Assembly (NCBI RefSeq): GCF_009914755.1
Contig: NC_060933.1
Origin: the human T2T-CHM13v2.0 reference genome, Homo sapiens
DNA length: 64,000 bases
Reading direction: 5' to 3' (one strand)
Shown piece by piece: positions 53,420-64,000 of this stretch; position 1 is the first letter of the stretch, and every line of letters begins with the position of its first letter. Position numbers and translations under genes: made by a program. Below the pieces are notes generated by a model. That model had not been told where the DNA came from. It ran no database searches and was given only the letters and a program-made list of their open reading frames with translations.

Positions 53420-55271
53420 TCAGAGATAAAGAAGGACATGCTGTAATGTTAAAGAGACAATATATCAAGAAGACATAAAAATTATAAACCTATGTGCACT
53501 GAACGAAATTTTTCCAAAATCTACAAAGCAAAAATTAAAGGTAGAATTAAAGGTGAATTAAAGGTAGAATTCAACAATAATAGTTGGAGATGGTAATCGT
53601 AGCAGACATCAGTATCTCACTTTCGATAATCAGAGAAGCTAAATAGATGCTAGCAAGAATATGGAGGATTTGAGTAACAGTATAAACTAGCTAGGTGTAA
53701 CAGAACTGACAGTACAGTACACCCAAAAGCAGAACATTACTCTCAAGTGCACATGGAACAGTTCCTAAAATAGATGACATGCTAGGCCCAAAACCAAACC
53801 TCAAAAAAAGTAGAAAATGATTGTTCTTTGATCAAAGTGGAATTAAATTAGAAATTAAAAACAGAAAGAACTTTGGGAAAAGCAGAACTTATAAAAATTA
53901 GCTACATACTTCTAAATAACCAATGAGTCAGAGATGAGATCATGATGAAAAATAAGCAGAAGGATATAATAAACATTGAAATAGAAATTAAAGAAATAGA
54001 AAAAATGGTAGATCAAATCAACAAAACCAAGAGTTGGGTCTTTAAAAAGATTAACAAAATTAACAAACTTTAGCTACATTTACAGGGAGAAAGAAAGATT
54101 CAACTTACTAAAATTAAGAATGAAAGAGGGACATTACTATTGACCTTATAGAAATAAAAAGAACTATAAAAGGTACTATGAAAAAAAGAATGTCAACATA
54201 TTAGATAATGTTGACGAAATGATATCATTTCTAGAATAATATCTACCAATCATTTAAAGAAGAATTAGTGCCATTCTTCACAAGCTCTTAAAAAATTTTA
54301 ATATTTATTACAGTATTACTTATAATAGCCAAAAAGTAAAAACAACCCCAATGTTAATTAAGTGATGAATGGATAAATACAATATGGTGTATCATATATC
54401 GTATACATGATATCATGTTATTGACCAACAAAAGGAATGAAGTACTGACACATGCTGCAACCTGGGTGAAAATATTATATTCTTGTAAATATCATGCTGC
54501 GTAAAAGAAACCAGAACCAAAGAGTGCATTTTGTATTATTCCGTTTATATAAAATCTCCCAAACAGGCAAGTTTAGACAGTGGTTGCCTAATGATGTAAG
54601 GTGGAGGAGGAATGGGAAGTGACTGCTAATGGGTACTGGGACTCTTTGAGGGTACCAAAAATGTTATAAAATTAAACTTTGGTGATGATTGAACAACTGA
54701 ATGAATATATTAATATGTATGAAATATTTTAAGTGAGTAAATTACACAAAATTTAAATTATGGCTAAACAAAGCTGTTTTTAAAAAGTGTACTAGCAGCA
54801 GAAAATTAGTTATAAATTAATCAGGATTAAACAGTGCTCATCTTGATTAAGCTTATAATGGATGATGATTATTTTACTTGTTTTATTCTATAGTAAACAG
54901 TTTGAGATTCAGTGATTAAACAAAGGACTACCTTTACACTCTACTTATTTTTTAAGTAAAAGAAAAACATTATTAAAAAGTGTATAAACTGGTTCATGTT
55001 TATGCTAACTATCTTAACCTTCCTTCTCTTTTACTTCCAATTACTTTGGTTATATTTCGGGTTTTATTTGATGTTGTCTATGGAATCTGTTAATCATTCT
55101 TTAAAGGAAAGAGGAAGTGGGTAGGGAATAAAGTATGGAGCCATCCAAAAACGAAAAGATCTGGGAAGATGCTGTGCTGATTTAATGTTAAGAAATGTTC
55201 AGAAAGTAAACCCTTGATGTCTTGGTTTTTATTTTAGAAATATTATCTTGTTGACAATATACTAAAGTGCA

Positions 55272-55588
<317 letters not shown>

Positions 55589-55808
55589 CTAAAGTTCATA
55601 CAACTGATTTAAAATAAAAATAAGGTATATGAAAATATGTAAGATGCAGCTGAAGCAGAGGTGAGAGGAAAATTTTTATTACTAAATGTTTATATTAGAA
55701 GTGATAAAGTCCTCAACCAACTAAATTCCTACCTCAAACAACAAACAAAATCAAGAAATAAAAAGAACAAAATAGGACCAAATCAAGAAGCAGCGTATTC
55801 TGGTATAA

Positions 55809-56192
<384 letters not shown>

Positions 56193-58069
56193 TAAAATGC
56201 GTTTCTTTTCCTTGATATAAATGTATTATCTGTACTACTATGAATACTGAAATGCCATAATTGAGGCTTTTTTTTTTAACTTTGGAAATGGAATAAAGGA
56301 GAGAAGGAAGGATGAGAGTCTCCTGAGATATTTAGATAAATGTTAGAGAAAAGATTCAAGTTGATATTCTGATAAACCTGATAAATCACATGGACAAATC
56401 TGACATTTATGCGAGTAAACGAAATGGAAAACAATATAACTGGGTGTAAAGAAAGAAGGAGATAAAAAAATACAAAGTTAAATAGTCCCTCATATTGGTC
56501 ACAAGGCCAAATCAGCTGGCTCAGAATGTCATTAACTGCAGAAAGCCTCACTGAATTTCCTCCTTTAAGGAATGACTTTGTTCCTAGGAAATCTACACTA
56601 GTGTATAGAAATAAAGGGGCATACTGTCTGCATCTTGCTCTTAGATAATTCAGAAAAATGTGTGTGTATATCTATATCAATACCTATCTAGAATAAACAA
56701 GTGTGACGAAATGTTAACAATTGATAAACCTGGGTAAAGGTAGGTATATGGGAGTTCTTTGCGTATTTTTTCAACTTTCATGCACATGCGAAATTATCTG
56801 CAAGTGAAAATGTTTGTAAAAATTAAAAAACACACCATTTCAAAGTAGGCTGTATTTATATAAGAAGTGCCCAATGTTTTTGCTTAATTTCTTTGTGGTA
56901 AGATTTTAGTCTTCCAGGAAAAGTTTCATATTGGTTATTATTGTGAAAAATAATGAAGTGGTCTGCTTCTAATTTTTCTAAGTTCCCTTTTGAATAACTA
57001 AGCATCTACACCAAATTAAAGATACTTCTCTATAATTTTTAAAAATTCAAAAAGGATGTATCATAAAGTAAGAAAATAAACTGCGGTTTGTTCCTCCATT
57101 GTTGTTAATTTGCAATGTCCCACTTATCTCTGATGGGATATCAGTAAATTTACTTGCCTTATTGTACTTGTTCCTTGATGTATTTCTAATGATTATATCA
57201 TTCTTTGAAGACTTACATTTGTACCCCCTGAACAATTGTGAGATAAAGTGTTGTATTTGAATACACTAAATGAATAAGAACTATCATGAGCTCTTCAGAA
57301 AGTAATGAGTCTAGAAGTCACCAAAATTCCCACTGTAGTACCTTTTAAGATAAGATAAATCCCTTCCAAATAAACAACAAAGTAGAATTTGATTTACTTT
57401 TTTATTTCTTTCTTTCTTTACACTAACAGAACAAATTCATGCTAAAACCCTGTCTTTCCTTTTGTTTACAACCTCATATATATCAGCTCTATCTATTGAA
57501 TTTATTTCTCCATAATGTCATTTTATTGTAACTTTGTGTTTTATACTTTTCTAGTGAAACATGACTGATAACTCTTAAAGAGACAACTTGCTTTATGAGA
57601 ATTTCTTCTGAATTCTCTTATATCAGACAGCACAAGATATAGAGAATTATGGATGTAAAGACGATATAAGCATAGTTTACAGTTGAATAACGCCCATTAT
57701 TTTCAGCTGCAGGTTTTAGACAATGTGGAAGCATTGACCGCCAGAGTTCATTTCCATTGCTGATGAACATTACCTCCAGCTCTCATTAACAACAACAAAC
57801 ACACACACACACACACAAATTAAAAAGTCATTTTTAAAAAATCCTGAGCTGATGTAGTCTGCCAGCTAGCTCTTCCTTTCTCAAGTGGTCACTGATAATT
57901 CTGCAAGGAAATATTAGAATTAGATTAGATATTTGGAGCCTAAGTCAAAATAATTACACATTTGTCCACTTTGGAAAGTAATGGAGGTGAAGGGGGTGTG
58001 TGTGTGTGCACTTCTATGGACACACACATGCATAGGTACACACACATGTATTGTGTTTTCTTGTTTTGT

Positions 58070-59676
<1,607 letters not shown>

Positions 59677-61865
59677 CTATCTTTTTATTTAAAAAAAAAA
59701 CTACCTAATTTATGACAGTAGGAAAGTAGGATCTGGTGTTCTCCGAGCTTCTTTGATTTGTGGGCAGGTGTCTGTTGCTGAATTTTAAAAGTTCTCAGCC
59801 ATCCCTTTTTTCTTTTCACATTCTGGGTGAATGCAGTTTTCATAGAAGGTGCTAGATTTGTGCGACCCTAAAGATAGGTGACTCCTCTGACTCACAGATC
59901 CCTGGGAGCCTCTCCCGAACAGAGTTTCTTTATCCACACACCCCACTTCCCATACCCACTCTCCCACATAGGTGTTCTGGCCACCAGTAGTCTCTGAAGG
60001 ATGGAAGATGAAGAGACATAACATGACCTTTACGTGAGTCTCTACTCCTCCCAAAAGAATGAATGTTCCTGGAAACTTCACCAATAGAAAATCAGGGGAT
60101 ATCAATATAAGTAAGCACTCATTACTCATGTAATGGAGGCCTTGGCAAAATATGACACTTAAATTTCTGCTCAGGGAGAGTAGAAAATAGGCACAGAGAC
60201 TAGAGAGACTGGTAAAGAATGAAGGCTCAAAGGTGATTGAGTTGTGTTAAAGGCACGTCTTGATCAGGCTTTGCTTTATTTTTCTCTTGTGGAGTATGAA
60301 ACTGGGTGTTACAATTAAATATATTTCTTGATTTCCTAAAATGTTATAGGCTGTTTCCAATTTTTGTTATTTTTGGAGTTTCTTAAATCGAAATTTGATT
60401 CAGGATAATTTAAAAATATAATGTTAATGTTAAGATGGAAAGTAGGTCAAAAGGCAATCATGTTAAACAAGAGGATAATTGGAGATAGGACCTTGAACCC
60501 GAAAGTAATCTTAAATTCTTGACTATTATGATACAGTTTGCATAAAGAACTGAGATTTCTTCAGAAAACTATAGTGAAATGGGACACTACAAATCAAATA
60601 TAAATTTAAAAATGAACACATTTATTCAGTACATATCCATAGATTATTCTGGATTAAATGTACACATTTTAAGAATAAAGTTTTAAATTTGAAAATGAAA
60701 GACTGTTTCCCATCTAAACAGACCATTGGCTTCAAGATACTTACAACTGTGTTAAATCATCTTCCATTGGTTATAGTTGGTTATGGCATCAGCATCCCCA
60801 AATCTGGCTGACCCATACTACGTTTTTCCTAAATCTCTTTTCTTCTGTATCTTGCTAAGGCTGCTGGTTCATCCTCCCAATTTCCTGTATTTAAAACCCC
60901 AGTGCCACATTGGACCTTGTCCTTTCTCTTCTGCTGTTCACATCTTCTGTCTCTCACATTCATTCCAACCTACACATCCCAGTGGCCTATTCCTATTTAA
61001 GCACCCAACCCCCTCTCTCCTGAATGAATGCAGAAAGCTTTCTCATCTCTGGACTCTTAACACAACAGTTATTATTACACACGACTGTCAGATGTGTGGG
61101 GTTCTTGAACCGTAGTTCTGTGGTGTCATCATTCATTTTAAAAATTTTGATTGGCTCCCTATTACCTAGAAAATAAACTTTAGTGTTCTTTGCTCAACAT
61201 GTGAGGCCCTCCACAATCTAATTTCACACGCTCCAAAACCTTATTTCTACCTACTCTCTTCCAAGGACCCTGAACCCCACATTCCAGGCAAATCCAGTTA
61301 TGGAACACTTGCAAAGGCCATCAGAAGTCACTGCAAAACCAATCCGGTCTGACTCTTATGTTTTTTAGTGCTCTATCCCCTTTGTCTGAAATGGCTTTCC
61401 CTCCACCTCTATTTTTATTTACCGGCACCTTCCAAAGCTTTCAACATTCAGTTTGTCATGAAGGCAGCTGTTACAGACTGGACTAGAAGACTGTGAACTG
61501 AATTTGTGGTTTCCAAATCAGTATCACACTTGATTCCCACCTCCAGAAATTTTGATAGAGGGGACTGAGAGTAGAGCCAATGAGTCTTACACACACAGAC
61601 ACACACACACACACCCCAAAACAAACACACACTTACCCTAATGACTATCTAGGTGCCAGCCCTAGCCTAGGCCAGGCTGGTGGAACATGCTGGATTAAAA
61701 ACAACAGGACACTGAGAAAGTATTTGCTACACAGACATATGGGATTTGACCATGTGTTATTTACAGATAACCTAACTCATTGGAGTAAAACCTATCTTAA
61801 ATTGGCATATGGTATACGATATGTTGTAGCATTTTATTAGTGAACATTTGTAAGGTTTTATTTGT

Positions 61866-61937
61866 GAAAACTGATAAGACTGTATTTGTGACCATCACAA
61901 GGAAAACTGATAAAACTGTATTTGTGACCATCTCAAG
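61866..61937. repeat. Tandem duplication, 2 x 36 bp
   Basis: gaaaactgataa(g/a)actgtatttgtgaccatc(a/t)caag twice. Confidence 0.92.
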
Positions 61938-62199
61938 GAAGGCCTGTCCTATGCCATGCTCACCTGCCAAGCTGGCTGCAGTCCCTTCCTCTCCTGACCT
62001 CACTTTGCCCCTAAAGGCGTCTCTGTTATTATACTCATGGCTTTCCATTTTCTAATACTGTGTACTGATCATTTCAACACATGCCTTATTCTCTAAATAG
62101 ACTGAAAGATTCATTAAGTATCTGAAAAGCAAATGTTGATGAACTTGCCTAGAATAAAAGGCATGAAACATGCAAGTTTCTAACATAGATTGTAGCAGC

Positions 62200-62720
62200 C
62201 ACCCCAGATGATTGCAATCACCTCCCCATTGATCTCCCAGCTGACACATTCTATGTATTTGTAACTCAGCAACCAGAGTGATCCTTTAAAAATTATCAGA
62301 GAGCGCCACTCCTCTTAGTAAAGCACTACCCCACCCCAGTCACTTAGCTTTCTGATTCACAGGAGTAAAAGCCAAAGTCCTTATAATGGCCTAAAAATCG
62401 TACATAATCTGTTCCTTTTCAGATTTCATTCACTACCATCTTCCCCCTTCTCTCTCTGTTCCAGTTACAACAGCTTGCTGCCCCCCTCAAAAAAAACTAG
62501 CATGTTCCTGCCCCAGGGCCTTTGCACCTGCTTTTTCCTCTTAGTGCAACAAGCTTGCTCCAGATATCTGAAAGGCTGACTATCTCGCCACCTTCAGATG
62601 CGTGTTCTAATGTCTCTTTATCAGTGAGAGCTTCTTTGTCCACCCTGGGCATCTTCTTGCCCTTCCCTGCTTTATTCTTCCCCATGGCACTTACTCACAT
62701 TGGACACTAAACACTTGTTT
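62200..62720. mobile_element. L2 fragment
   Basis: Typical L2 motifs (cagagtgatcctttaaaa, aaagccaaagtccttataatggcc, cctgccccagggcctttgcac). Confidence 0.7.
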
Positions 62721-63389
62721 CCTTAGCTAGGCATTCTTCTCCTACCCTCACAACAGTAGGAATGTCCTAAGGTTCTGAGAAGACTCCTGTGCTGGGTTTC
62801 CAGACTCCTGTACTCTCACATTTGGTGCTCATGCACCTCTTGGTCATTAGTGCACTCCAGAGGTTAGGACCTAGAGTATGTGGCTGTCCTTCAGAGGAGG
62901 GAAATGGATTGCTTAGGAGCAGAGAAGGGAGCTTTGGCCTCGCAGTGCAGGACCCCTGTGCCCACAGGCCTCTGTGTGTTGACAGCAATGCTCTTGGTGT
63001 CCACCTGCACTGCCCTCTGGTGTTCAGTCAAAATTAAGCAAATAGTTATGAACTGCTATAGGGGATTGTTACCAGGTCCTGAGTCTGAGTGTTGGGAACA
63101 CAACAAGAAGCAAACAAATCTGCCCAACACCCCTGAGATGTGGGTTTCACAGATAATACTGAGGTCAGAGTAGCATGTTAAATGACACCACAGTGATGAC
63201 ACAATCATAAAAATCTACACTGTGGACTCTGTCCTAGTTTCTTTAAAGAATTGCATGGAAAAAAAAAGATGGAAGGGGAAGAATAAGAATGAAGAATGCT
63301 TTAGAGACTCTGCAATCCATCGTAATATCCGTACAAGGATTCTGCTCTTTTAAAAAAAAGAAAAATGGTGTGAAAAAATATGTAAGACT

Positions 63390-63772
<383 letters not shown>

Positions 63773-64000
63773 CTAATTTTTTAGATGTATTATTTTAAAA
63801 AGGGGATCCTTACCCTTTGGAGGTGGATACTAAAATATTCATGGATGAAATGATAGGATGCCAGAAATGCTCTTCAATTAATCTATGTCAGGGAAGTGGG
63901 ATCAGAGGAATCAGGACTGTCTAAAACTGAAGCTGGGTATTAGGTCAACGAGTTACTTATACTATTCATTCATTATGCTATTTATTTCCTTTTGTATATT

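Noticed and set aside
59785-60129. 114-aa minus-strand ORF in unique-looking sequence
   Set aside because: No recognisable homology or splice context; length compatible with chance.

Overview
Primate (almost certainly human) genomic DNA holding the 5' end of a contactin-associated protein-like 3 gene on the minus strand. The paralog is CNTNAP3B-like, but the chr9 pericentromeric copies cannot be told apart with certainty from here. Coding exon 1 (31640-31556, signal peptide) sits in a CpG-island promoter, followed by a ~24.3 kb intron 1 and coding exon 2 (7255-7145, start of the discoidin/F5-8C domain). The rest is intronic or upstream sequence dense in retroelements: ~20 Alus, a near-full-length L1PA5-like LINE-1, old nested L1M fragments, several solo LTRs and L2. 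No other protein-coding gene, RNA gene or CRISPR array is supported. Most unusual features: (i) a perfect 11 x 31-bp minisatellite of overlapping hairpins built from the L1's own sequence, inside its RT domain; (ii) the same L1 is a spliced retrocopy (SpIRE97/622-type junction) that lacks its antisense promoter, has an ORF1 deletion and has no visible TSD; (iii) an 80-bp templated insertion with an inverted filler at 48732-48822; (iv) a left-right-(CA)n-right trimeric Alu. I found no convincing novel multi-gene system; the novelty is in mutational and structural signatures. Repeat subfamily calls come from recalled consensus sequences and need RepeatMasker confirmation.
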